From an uncultured Chloroflexia bacterium (lineage in GTDB: Bacteria; Chloroflexota; Limnocylindria; Limnocylindrales; CSP1-4): a stretch of DNA of 64,000 bases. Every line of letters starts with the position of its first letter. Position 1 is the first letter of the stretch. Positions 1 through 9,900 of the stretch are shown here, one piece after another. Position numbers and translations under genes: made by a program. The notes under the pieces were generated by a model. It did not search any database, was not told the DNA's origin, and saw only the letters and a program-made list of their open reading frames with translations. The DNA lies in the NCBI GenBank assembly GCA_963833225.1, contig CAWHXD010000007.1, forward strand, positions 192,001 to 256,000, given 5' to 3'.

Positions 1-61
1 CTAGGCCCAACAGGGTCCCCGCGTAAGTGACCGTTGAGTGGCGTGAGCTACAGAAGGCTTC

Positions 62-871
62 GTGACAGCAAGCACGCATGATCTTGGAGACGCCAGCATC
101 GCGAGCGCCCTCGCTCGGACGATCCTCCGCAGCCGTCACCTTGCCGGCTGGACGCAGCGCGAGCTGGCGCGTCGCGCAGGGACATCGCAGACAACGGTCT
201 GCAGGCTCGAGTCTGGGCACGCAGCCAGCTTCGATCTCGTCGTCGTGAACGAGGTCCTGGCGGCGCTTGGCCTCCGTCCCAAGCTGGTTCTGGAGGACCG
301 GCACCTTGATGATCGGCGGCGGCAGCGTGACGCCGTGCATGCCCGGCTGAACGGACACGTTGCCCGCCGCCTGGAACGGACCGGCTGGCTGACAGCCACC
401 GAGGTGGAGATCGGCGATCCTGTGCCACGTGGGTGGATTGACCTCCTCGCATACCGGCCGGCGGACCGGGCGCTGCTCGTCGAGGAGACCAAGACGGACA
501 TCCCCGATATGGGCGGGCTGCAGCGCAGCGTGGCCTTCTACCAGCGCGAGGCATGGGTAGCGGCACAACGGCTGGGCTGGAGGCCGGTACGATCGGCGGT
601 CCTGGTCGTGACCCTCGACAGCGCCACGATCGCGGCACGCCTGGCCGCGAACCGCGACCTCGTCGTCAGGGCGTTCCCGGCCCGGATCGGTGAGGTCGCG
701 GCGTGGCTGCGCGATCCGAGCCAGGAGCCGCCACGCGCGTGGGCGATCGGGGCGTGCGATCCGGCGTCCCGTGAGCACGCCTGGCTTCGCCCGACGATGC
801 TGGGGACGCGCCGCCGGCCACCCGCCTACGAGGACTATGCGCAGGCGGCAGCGCTGCTCTTGCGGAGGTGA
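62..871 (+). CDS. XRE-type HTH protein with a C-terminal restriction-endonuclease-like (PD-(D/E)XK) domain
   Basis: N-terminal HTH (WTQRELARRAGTSQTTVCRLESG), then EVEI...GWIDLLAY...LLVEETKT resembling a PD-(D/E)XK core; GTG start. Confidence 0.7.
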   Translation: MTASTHDLGDASIASALARTILRSRHLAGWTQRELARRAGTSQTTVCRLESGHAASFDLVVVNEVLAALGLRPKLVLEDRHLDDRRRQRDAVHARLNGHVARRLERTGWLTATEVEIGDPVPRGWIDLLAYRPADRALLVEETKTDIPDMGGLQRSVAFYQREAWVAAQRLGWRPVRSAVLVVTLDSATIAARLAANRDLVVRAFPARIGEVAAWLRDPSQEPPRAWAIGACDPASREHAWLRPTMLGTRRRPPAYEDYAQAAALLLRR

Positions 872-905
872 GCCGAACCGGCACCCAACTTGCCCCGAGC
901 GCCGC

Positions 906-1024
906 CCCTGATCGCCATCTGCATCATTCCGGGCGGCTTCACGCTCAGACCGGGCGACGAAACTCCGGTTTGGGCTGCTGATCCACGCAGAAACCCGACG
1001 AATTGAACCAGATCGCGATCAGGG
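906..1024. repeat. Long imperfect palindrome (REP/MITE-like hairpin)
   Basis: CCCTGATCGCCATCTGCATCATTC (906-929) is nearly the reverse complement of GAATTGAACCAGATCGCGATCAGGG (1000-1024); inner stem GCTCAGACCGG/CCGGTTTGGGC pairs fully with two G-U pairs. Confidence 0.7.
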
Positions 1025-1026
1025 AT

Positions 1027-1139
1027 GGGGCGAGGGACCTTGATCAGCTTGGGGCGAAGGTGCCTTGGTCAGGCCGGGCGTCGGGGGCGGCGGCAGCGTG
1101 ATCAGCCCGGGGCGAGGGACCTTGATCAGCTTGGGGCGA
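1027..1139. repeat. 31-bp exact direct repeat with degenerate ~24-bp units between the copies
   Basis: GGGGCGAGGGACCTTGATCAGCTTGGGGCGA at 1027-1057 and 1109-1139. Confidence 0.85.
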
Positions 1140-1198
1140 GGGGAGTCGCGAAGCGGGCCCGAGCGCTGAGGCCCGTGCAACCCCGCCGAGTGCCCGCG

Positions 1199-1906
1199 TC
1201 AGTCCCGGCGCGCGTCGTCCCGTCGAGGCTCCGGGTTCGCGAAGCCTCGCCGCACCGCGTAGGCGGCGGCCTGGACGCGATTGGTGAGATGGAGCTTCTC
1301 GAGCGCGTTGTGCACGTGGTTCTTGACCGTGCCCTCGGTGATCGTGAGCTCGTTCGCGATCTCCTTGTTGGACAGGCCGTCGGCGACGAGCTCGAGGATC
1401 TCGGACTCGCGGCGGGTCAGGATCGTGTCCTGCGCCGGGACCGCTGCCTGGCTCCGGGTGGGGATCCCGCCGGTACGGAGCGCCTCGAGGAGCCTGGATG
1501 CGACCGCCGGCGCGATCGGTGCCTCGCCACGCATCACGCCCCGCATGTCGTCGAACAGCTGCTCGGGGCGCACGTTCTTGAGCAGGTAGCCATTGGCGCC
1601 GGCCTTGATCGACTCGAACAGGTCGTCGTCGTCCTCGGAGACCGTGAGCATCACGATCGGGGTCCTGAAGCCGGCCTGGCGGATCGCGTTCACACCGTCC
1701 ACCCCGGACGCAACGGGCATGTTGACGTCCATGACCACCAGATCGGGCCGCAGCGCTCGCACCTTCTCGAGCGCGTCACGACCGTTCTCGCCCTCACCCA
1801 CGACCGTCATGTCGAACTGGGCGCCGATCAGCGTCGCGAGCGCCCTTCGGAAGAGGGGCTGGTCATCGACGAGCAGCACCCGAAGTTTCGGTGGCGTGTG
1901 TTCCAA
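1199..1906 (-). CDS. NarL/LuxR-family response regulator
   Basis: REC domain (VLLVDD, VVMDVNMP, GYLLK) plus LuxR HTH (LTRRESEIL...GLSNKEIA...TVKNH); TTG start at 1906 chosen from an upstream GAGG, start uncertain. Confidence 0.93.
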   Translation of the reverse strand: MEHTPPKLRVLLVDDQPLFRRALATLIGAQFDMTVVGEGENGRDALEKVRALRPDLVVMDVNMPVASGVDGVNAIRQAGFRTPIVMLTVSEDDDDLFESIKAGANGYLLKNVRPEQLFDDMRGVMRGEAPIAPAVASRLLEALRTGGIPTRSQAAVPAQDTILTRRESEILELVADGLSNKEIANELTITEGTVKNHVHNALEKLHLTNRVQAAAYAVRRGFANPEPRRDDARRD

Positions 1907-3674
1907 CGGTGTCCTCAGGATCGAGTCGGACGACAATCGTCGTTCCCTCGTTCGGCGCAGTATGCACGTCAAGGCGGCCGCCGAGCGTGGTCACCCGCTC
2001 GCGCATGGACGCGAGGCCAAAGCCACCCTCCATGGAGCTGGAGACGATCGAAGGATCGAAGCCTACGCCATCGTCCTCGATCGTGAGCGTGGCGCCGCCG
2101 TCGAGGCAGTCGATCCGAACGCCGACACGCTTGGCGCCGGCGTGCTTGCGGGTGTTCGTGAGCGCCTCCTGGACCACGCGCAGGAGTTGGACCTCGGAGC
2201 GCGGACTGAGCGCGCGGCGGGTGTCGCCCTCGCACGAGAGGCTGGCCACGATGCCGGTCTGGCGGCTGTACTTGCGGAGGTATTCCCGCAGCGACCCCTC
2301 CAGCCCGTCGTCCTCGCGGACCGTCTCCCGCAGGCCAAGGATCGCCTCGCGCACGTCCTGGTAGGCCTCGTCGGCGGTCTCCGCGAGGTCCGACAGCTCG
2401 TCGGCCATCGTGAGGCTCGCCTCGTCCTTTGCCCGGGACTCGAGCGCCCGGAGCTGGAGGTGGATCACGCCCAGGACCTGGGCCAGGCTGTCGTGGAGCT
2501 CGCGCGCGATGCGGTCGCGCTCGGCGTGGATCGTCCACTGCTCCTCGGCCTCGTGGAGCCGCGCCGTGCGGACGGCGATGGCGGCCATGTCGGCGAGCGC
2601 TCCGAGCAGGCTGCGGTCGGCCGGCGTGAACGGGCGCCCGGCACGCACCACGCACAGCTCGCCGAGAATGCCGTCGGGGCCGCGGAGCGGGCGCGCGAAC
2701 CAGTGGGAGCCGTCGGCGCGGGTGACCAGCGGGCAGCCCGGGTTCTGCGGATGGCTTCCCAGCACCTTCTCGTGGTGGACCTGGCACACGGAGCCGTCAT
2801 CCGCCATCGCCAGGCGGTCGCGCCCGACGTTGGCCCGGAGACCGGTCCCGCGCGGATCGGCGAGACAGGCCACCGCACGCTCCGCGCCGAGGAGGTCCCG
2901 AGCGTGCTGGGTGATGGTGTCCAGGACGTCCCTGAGCTCGCCGCGGCCGGTCAGCTGGAGGGCAACGGCGTAGAGGGCCTCGCGCTCGCGCTCGCGGCGA
3001 TGGAGGTCGGAGACGGTGAGCCCCAGCTGGGCCGCGCCGGCGATCTCGCCGGCGATGTCGATGAACGCGGCGTCACTGATGTCGGGCTGCACCGGCGGGT
3101 GGAACGCGAGCCGCAGGTGGCCGATGCGGTTGGCGCCGCGGACCAGGGGCAGGTCGAGGATGCCGGTGTCGATACCCGCCCGGCGGTCGTAGCGCGGGGT
3201 GTCGATCGCCGGGTCGACCGGCTCGTCGAGGACCGCGCCCAGCCAGGCGAGCCCCGACCCGAGGTTCGCCGGACGACGCACCACGAGCGGCTGGTCGTCG
3301 GCGACGTTGACGGTCACGATCCCGGCCAGGGCCTGGGTCTGGGTCACCACCCGGTCAAGCGATTGCTCGAGCAGGTCCGGCAGCGACGAGCCGCCACGGA
3401 CGGCGGAGCTGACGGCGTGCGTCGCGGTGAGGTCCTTGTTCTGGGCCACCAGCTGGCGTTGCGTCCGGTCGAGGTAGATCGAGACGATCACGGCGAACAC
3501 GACGATCGCGCCGCCCATGACCATCGCCGAGGCGATGTAGCTCTCGTCACCGCCGAGCTGCGGGTCGAGAACCAGGAACCGGAGCAGCTCGAACGCCCAC
3601 ACGAAGCCGATGGGCAGGAGGATGGTTGCCCACTTCAGGCGGTTCAGGTCGCGGGCACCCGACGGGACGCTCAT
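1863..3674 (-). CDS. Membrane sensor histidine kinase (2 TM, GAF, HisKA_3, HATPase)
   Basis: ERDRIARELHDSLAQ H-box, EALTNTRKHA N-box, IEDDGVGF, GGFGLASMRER; two N-terminal hydrophobic helices. Confidence 0.92.
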   Translation of the reverse strand: MSVPSGARDLNRLKWATILLPIGFVWAFELLRFLVLDPQLGGDESYIASAMVMGGAIVVFAVIVSIYLDRTQRQLVAQNKDLTATHAVSSAVRGGSSLPDLLEQSLDRVVTQTQALAGIVTVNVADDQPLVVRRPANLGSGLAWLGAVLDEPVDPAIDTPRYDRRAGIDTGILDLPLVRGANRIGHLRLAFHPPVQPDISDAAFIDIAGEIAGAAQLGLTVSDLHRREREREALYAVALQLTGRGELRDVLDTITQHARDLLGAERAVACLADPRGTGLRANVGRDRLAMADDGSVCQVHHEKVLGSHPQNPGCPLVTRADGSHWFARPLRGPDGILGELCVVRAGRPFTPADRSLLGALADMAAIAVRTARLHEAEEQWTIHAERDRIARELHDSLAQVLGVIHLQLRALESRAKDEASLTMADELSDLAETADEAYQDVREAILGLRETVREDDGLEGSLREYLRKYSRQTGIVASLSCEGDTRRALSPRSEVQLLRVVQEALTNTRKHAGAKRVGVRIDCLDGGATLTIEDDGVGFDPSIVSSSMEGGFGLASMRERVTTLGGRLDVHTAPNEGTTIVVRLDPEDTVGTHATETSGAARR

Positions 3675-3734
3675 GCCCCGACTGTGCCTTTCGATATAGA
3701 CGTGTGCGTAGAGCCGTCCGGCCTGTCCACGGCG

Positions 3735-3934
3735 GGGCACTCCGGCCCGCAGGGTCGGGCCAATCGGGAGCGGTCCCAAGGGTGGTGCGCGAATGCACCG
3801 ATGGTCGTGCGGGTTCAGCCGTTACCAGCGCCCCGACCAGCGACGGGCGACCGGGCGATCAGTGCCCGGCCATGGCTCCCGCGTGACCGGGTCGGCGTCC
3901 CCACCGGGCCGGGTCCTTTCGGGCCGTTCGGCCC
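3735..3934. promoter_or_regulatory. Candidate NarL/DosR-like operator palindromes in the divergent kinase/FDH promoter region
   Basis: GGGCCGTTCGGCCC (3921-3934) and GGGCACTCCGGCCC (3735-3748), a GGG-N8-CCC geometry like DosR boxes; high GC background weakens this. Confidence 0.3.
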
Positions 3935-4037
3935 TGTCCCGATCCCGCCTGCGTTCGCGGATCCTTGTACCCAAGTGCGAGCGCGCAATGCCGCTGCGCG
4001 TCGGTCCGGCGTGCGTGCTCTCGACACGGTGGAGGAC

Positions 4038-6912
4038 ATGGACCTCGTCGCACGTCAGGCAACGCCCGCGCCCCGGATGAGCTCAGGGGACCCTGCACCC
4101 GTCGTCAACCTGGAGATCGACGGACGCCCGGTGGCGGCCCGAGCCGGCCAGACCGTGCTCCAGGCCGCCCGCGAGGCCGGCGCGTACATCCCGAGCCTGT
4201 GCTATCACCCGAAGCTCGGGTCGGCGGGGCTGTGCCGCGTCTGCGCCGTGGAGGTGGAGGGCGCCAACGGCCTCCAGACGGCCTGCAACCTGCCGGTCCG
4301 CGAGGGGATGGCGGTCCGCACCCAGACCCCGCTGGTCCTCGAGGCTCGCCGCCTGAACATCGAGCTGCAGCTCGCCGCGGGCGTCCACGACTGCCTCGCC
4401 TGCGAGGCGACCGGCCGCTGCGAGCTCCAGGACGTGGCCTATCGGGCGGGCATCGAGCGCCCGGGGTTCGCTGACGCGCGCGAGCGGCGCGCGGCCGGCG
4501 CGACCCGCCCCGTGGACGCCTCGTCCCCGTTCATCGTCCGCGACCCGGACAAGTGCATCCACTGCTTCCGCTGCATCCGGGGCTGCAACGAGGTCGTCGT
4601 CAACGAGGTCCTGGACATGGGCTTCCGTGGCGCGCAGTCGGCGGTGGTGTGCGACAACGACCTGCCGATGGGCCAGTCGAGCTGTGTCCACTGCGGCGAG
4701 TGCGTGCAGCTCTGCCCCACCGGCTCGTTGATCGAGAAGAAGGCGATCGGCCTGGGGCGCCCATGGGACCTGGAGAAGGTCCGCACGACCTGCGCGTACT
4801 GCGGCGTCGGCTGCCAGGTCGAGGTGCACGTGGACCGGGCGACGAACCGGATCGTGCGGGTCGAAGGCGTGGAGGGCGCGCCACCCAACGACGGGATGCT
4901 GTGCATCAAGGGCCGCTTCGGGTACGACTACACCAGCAGCGCGGACCGCCTGGGCACGCCGCTGTTGCGGCGATCACGCGCCGAGAAGCTCGCGCCCGCC
5001 ACGTGGGACGAGGCGCTGGACTTCGCCGCGGAGCGCCTGGCGGCCATCCGGGACCGCGACGGCCCCGACGCGATCGGCGTCGTCGCCTGCGCACGGTCCA
5101 CGAACGAGAGCAACTACGCCGCCACCGTATTCGCCCGCGCGGGGGTCGGGACGAACAGCATCGACCACTGCGCAAGAACCTGACACGCTCCCTCTGTCGC
5201 CGGTCTGGCGACCACATTCGGATCAGGGGCCATGACGAACTCGATCCAGGAGATCGAGGACGCCAAGGTGCTCCTCGTCATCGGCTCCAACACCACCGAC
5301 GCCCACCCGGTCATCAGCTACTACATGAAGCGCGCCCACAAGCGGGGCGCGACGCTGATCGTCTGCGACCCCCGGGCCATCGACCTCGTGCGCTGGGCGG
5401 ATGTCCACGTCCAGCACCGGATCGGCTCCGACATCGCCCTGGTCAACGGCCTCATCCACGAGATCATCAAGCAGGGCTGGGCGGACGAGGCGTTCATCGA
5501 GCACCACACCGAGGGCTTCGACGCCGTCCGCGCCAACGTCGAGCGGTACCCCCCGGAGGTGGCGGCCGAGATCACGGGCGTCCCCGCGGACGAGATCCGG
5601 CGCGTCGCCAGGATCCTCGGCGAAGCGGAATCGGCCGGCGTCTACTACACCCTCGGCATCACGGAGCACATCTCCGGCACCGCCAACGTGGAGGCGCTCG
5701 CCAACCTCCAGATGGTGCTGGGCAACCTCGGCAAGCCGTCCGCCGGCCTCAACCCGCTGCGCGGCCAGAACAACGTCCAGGGCGCCTGTGACGTGGGCGC
5801 GCTGCCCGACGTCTACCTGAACTACCAGAAGGTGGAGAACGAGGAGGTCGCGCTCAAGTTCGAGAAGGCATGGGGCCGGCCGGGCCTGTCCCGCAAGCAG
5901 GGCCTGACGATCCCGTCGATGATGGACGGCCTCGAGGACGGGTCGCTCAAGGCGCTGTACGTGTTCGGCGAGAACATCGCGATCTCCGAGCCCAACTCCC
6001 ACCGCATCGAGGCGCTGCTCCGGGAGGCGGAGCTGATCATCGTCAACGACCTGTTCGAGACCGAGACCAGCGCCTTCGCCGACGTGGTGTTCCCGGCGAC
6101 CTCCTGGGCGGAGGTCGATGGCACGTACACCAACACCGAGCGCCGCGTCCAGCGAGTCCGACCGGTGCTGCGGCCCCCCGGCGAGGCGCGCGACGACTGG
6201 TGGATCTTCGCGCAGCTGGCGAAGCGGCTGGGGTACGACCCGGGGTGGGCGTCGCCGCGCGACGTGTGGGACGAGATCCGGGAGCTGGGCCCCAGCTACC
6301 ACGGGATCACCTGGGAGCGCTGCGAGGACGTCGGCATCCAGTGGCCGGCGCCGACGCTGGACCATCCCGGCACGCCCTACCTCCACATGGACGGGCACTT
6401 CACCCGCGGCCGGGGCCGGTTTGTCCCCGTCGACTGGGTGCCGCCGTCGGAGCCGCCGGACGAGGAGTACCCGCTGGTCCTGTCCACGGGCCGCCGGCTG
6501 TGGCACTACCACACGGGCACCCAGACGCACCGGTCGGCCGGGTTCGACGAGGTGTGTGGCGAAGAGGTGATCGAGATCAGTCCGGCCGACGCGGAGGTGC
6601 TCGGGATCGCGGACGGCGAGATGGTCCGGGTGTCGTCGCGGCGCGGGACGGTGGACGTCAGGGCGTGGGTCACCCACCGGTCGCCACCCGGGGTCTGCTG
6701 GATGGCGTTCCACTTCGCGAAGGCACACGCGAACGTGCTCACGATCGAGGCGGGCGATCCCATCACGCAGACGCCGGAGCTCAAGCACTGCGCGATCCGG
6801 GTCGAGAAGATGCCGGCGGAGTCGACGGCGAGCGCCGCGCCGGCGGCGCGTCCGGACCAGGGACCGGCCGACGTCGACGGGCAGTGGCCCGGCCGGGCAG
6901 GTGCCGTCATGA
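4038..6912 (+). CDS. fdhF: Selenocysteine formate dehydrogenase alpha subunit (FdhF type, NuoG-like N-terminal Fe-S domains); Sec UGA at 5181-5183; in frame with the downstream NuoEF-GltD
   Basis: GGAGG-ATG at 4038; 2Fe-2S (CY...CRVC...TAC), two 4Fe-4S ferredoxin motifs, CAYCGVGC, DHCART-U-HAPSVAGL, PLRGQNNVQG, Mo-bisPGD C-terminal domain; no Tat signal. Confidence 0.93.
5181..5212 (+). promoter_or_regulatory. Sec UGA codon with bacterial SECIS hairpin
   Basis: TGA at 5181, then GTCGCC-GGTCT-GGCGAC (5196-5212), matching the position and loop of the E. coli fdhF SECIS. Confidence 0.9.
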
Positions 6913-9900
6913 CGGTCGCCCGCGATCCCGGAAGCTTGACCGCGACCGAGTGGCGCGAGACCATCGCCGCCCGCTTCCCCGCCGACCCGCGCCTCGTCAT
7001 CCCGGTCCTGCAGTACATCCACGCCGAGGCCGGCTACCTCCCGGAACCGGCGACGCAGGCTGCCGCCGAGCACCTGCGGGTGTCGCGGAGCCGCGTGTTC
7101 GGCGTCGCCAGCTTCTACTCCCAGTTCCACTTCGAGCCCCGCGGGGCGCACGCCGTCACCGTGTGCCGCGGGACGGCCTGCCACGTGCGAGGCTCCGCGT
7201 CCGTCCTGCGGCAGCTCGAGGATCACCTCGGGGTGAAGGCCGGGGACACGACGCCGGACCTCCAGTTCACGCTCGAGACGGTGGCCTGCTTCGGCTCCTG
7301 CGCCCTCGCGCCGGTGGTGGTCGGCGACGGCAAGGTGCACGGGCGCCAGACAGGGTCGAAGGCGCGGGTGCTGGTCGATGCGCTTCGAGAGGCGGCGCAG
7401 GTGGCGGTCGCCGTGGAGCCAGCGGAGCCCGCGACGGTCGCCGACGCTGCCGCGATCGCCGAGCCTTTCGCGATCCCTTCCGCGATACCTGGCGCGGCGC
7501 CGCGCGTCGTCGACCTCGACGCCCGGACCGCGGCCGCGAGGACAGCCTGGGCAGGTCTCCAGGCCGGCGCCCGGACGCTGATCACCGTGGGCACCGCGAC
7601 CTGCGGGCTGGCCGCGGGGGCAGGGGAGGTCGTCGACGCGATCCGCACGGAGCTGGCGGGCCGGGGGATCGAGGCTGAGGTCCTCCTCGTCGGCTGTGTC
7701 GGCATGTGCTTCGCCGAGCCGCTGGTCGAGATCGCGACGCCCGGCCTGCCGCGGGTGACCTACCAGCGCGTCGCCCCGGGGATCGTTCCCCACCTCATCG
7801 AGAGCCACCTCGTCCACGGCGAGCCGCCGGTGGCGTGGGCGCTGGGCACGTCCGGCGAGGGGACGCTCGACGGCGTGCCGCGCCTGGCCGACACCCCGGT
7901 GATGCGCCTGCAGGTCCGCAACGCGCTGCGCAACTGCGGTGTCATCGACCCCACCAGCGTGGACCACTACCTCGCTCGCGACGGGTACGCGGGACTGCGG
8001 CGCGCCCTGGCGATGACCCCCGAGGAGGTCATCGCGGAGGTCACGGCGTCCGGGCTGCGCGGCCGCGGCGGCGGCGGCTTCCCGACCGGCCGGAAGTGGG
8101 CGTTCTGCCGCGAGGCGCCGGGGGATCGCAAGTACGTCATCTGCAACGGCGACGAAGGCGACCCGGGCGCGTTCATGGACCGCTCCGTGCTCGAGGGCGA
8201 CCCGCACGCGGTCCTCGAGGGCCTCGCCATCGCCGGCTACGCGATGGGCGCCTCGCACGGTTACGTCTACGTCCGCGCCGAGTACCCGCTCGCCGTTGCG
8301 CGCCTGGAGCTCGCCCTTCGCCAGATGCGGGAGCTCGGCCTCCTCGGCGACGCCATCCTCGGCACCGGCTTCGCCTTCGACATCGAGGTCAAGCAGGGAG
8401 CCGGCGCCTTCGTGTGTGGCGAGGAGACCGCGCTCATCGCGAGCATCGAGGGTCGCCGCGGCATGCCCCGCCCGCGCCCCCCGTTCCCGGCCACGAAGGG
8501 CCTGTTCGGCCAGCCGTCGAACATCAACAACGTCGAGACGCTCGCCAACGTGCCCGCCATCCTGCGCGAAGGAGCCGCCTGGTTCGCCTCGTTCGGCACG
8601 GAGACCAGCAAGGGCACCAAGACGTTCGCCCTGACCGGCCGGATCAACCGCCCCGGCCTGATCGAGGTCCCGATGGGGGTGACCCTGGGCGCGGTGATCG
8701 ACGAGATCGGCGGCGGGATCGCCGGTGGCGGCCGGTTCAAGGCGGCCCAGACCGGCGGCCCGTCCGGGGGCTGCCTGCCGATCCAGCTGCTGGACCTGCC
8801 GATCGACTACGAGCGCCTCAAGGAGGCGGGCTCGATCATGGGCTCGGGCGGGCTCGTCATCATGGACGAGAGCACCTGCATGGTGGACCTCGCCCGGTAC
8901 TTCCTGACGTTCACCGAGGACGAGTCGTGCGGCCAATGCACGCCCTGCCGGGAGGGGACCGGCCGGATGCTGGAGATCCTCGAGCGGATCTGCCGGGGCG
9001 AGGGCCGCGCGGGCGACATCGAGACGCTCGAGCGCCTGGGACGGGTCGTTCGGGACACGTCGCTGTGCGGGCTTGGCCAGACGGCGCCCAACCCCGTGCT
9101 CACGACCTTGCGCTACTTCCGCGAGGAGTACGAGGAGCACATCCGGGAGCGCCACTGTCGGGCGGGGACATGCGCGGGCCTGGTCCCCGCACCGTGCACC
9201 GGGCTGTGCCCGGCCGGGGTGGAGGCGCACCGGTACGTCCGGGAGATCAGCCAGGGCAACTTCGAGAAGGCGTACCTCGTCGTGCGCGAGAAGCTGCCGC
9301 TCCCGTCGGTGTGCGGCGTGGTGTGCTTCCATCCCTGCGAGCGGTCGTGCCGGCGCGGCGAGCTGGACGAACGGATCGCGATTCGCGCCCTCAAGGGTGC
9401 AGCGGTCAAGTTCGGCGCGCAGGCGGAGGCGAGGGTGCCGGCGCCGTCGCGGCGGCCGTCGGGGAAGTCCGTGGCGGTGGTCGGGTCCGGCCCTGCCGGG
9501 CTCACGGCGGCCTACTACCTGGCGAAGACCGGCGGCCACGCCGTGACCGTGTACGAGGCGCTGGAGCGGCCCGGCGGGATGCTCCGCTATGGGATCCCGC
9601 GCTACCGGCTGACCGACGAGGTGCTGGAGCGGGATCTGGCGATCATCGCGGCCGCCGGGGTGCGAATCGAGACCGGTGCGGAGGTCCGGTCCCTCGACGC
9701 GCTGCGGGCCGCGGGCCACGACGCGATCTTCCTGTCCTCCGGGGCGCACGTGTCCGACTCGATCGGCGACGAGTCGCAGGTCCTCGAGGGTGTCGAGGAC
9801 TGCGTCGGAATGCTGCGGGACGTGGCGGCCGGCCGGCCGGCGTCGATGGGTCGGCGCGTGGCCGTGGTGGGCGGCGGGAACACCGCGATCGACGCGGCGC

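Noticed and set aside
1027-1139. Possible mini-CRISPR
   Set aside because: Only two exact copies, the intervening DNA is itself repeat-derived, and there are no cas genes
2253-2263. GCCGGTCTGGC SECIS-like core
   Set aside because: Lies antisense within the kinase gene with no correctly spaced in-frame UGA; chance match
1593-4037. Upstream ~815 codons of the 1196-aa ORF, suggesting a huge N-terminal extension of FDH
   Set aside because: Antisense shadow of the kinase and regulator genes in GC-rich DNA; the real start is the GGAGG-ATG at 4038
5181-5183. In-frame TGA in both FDH genes (also 15283-15285) read as nonsense mutations
   Set aside because: Both fall at the Mo/W-ligand position, are followed by SECIS hairpins, and selABCD are present
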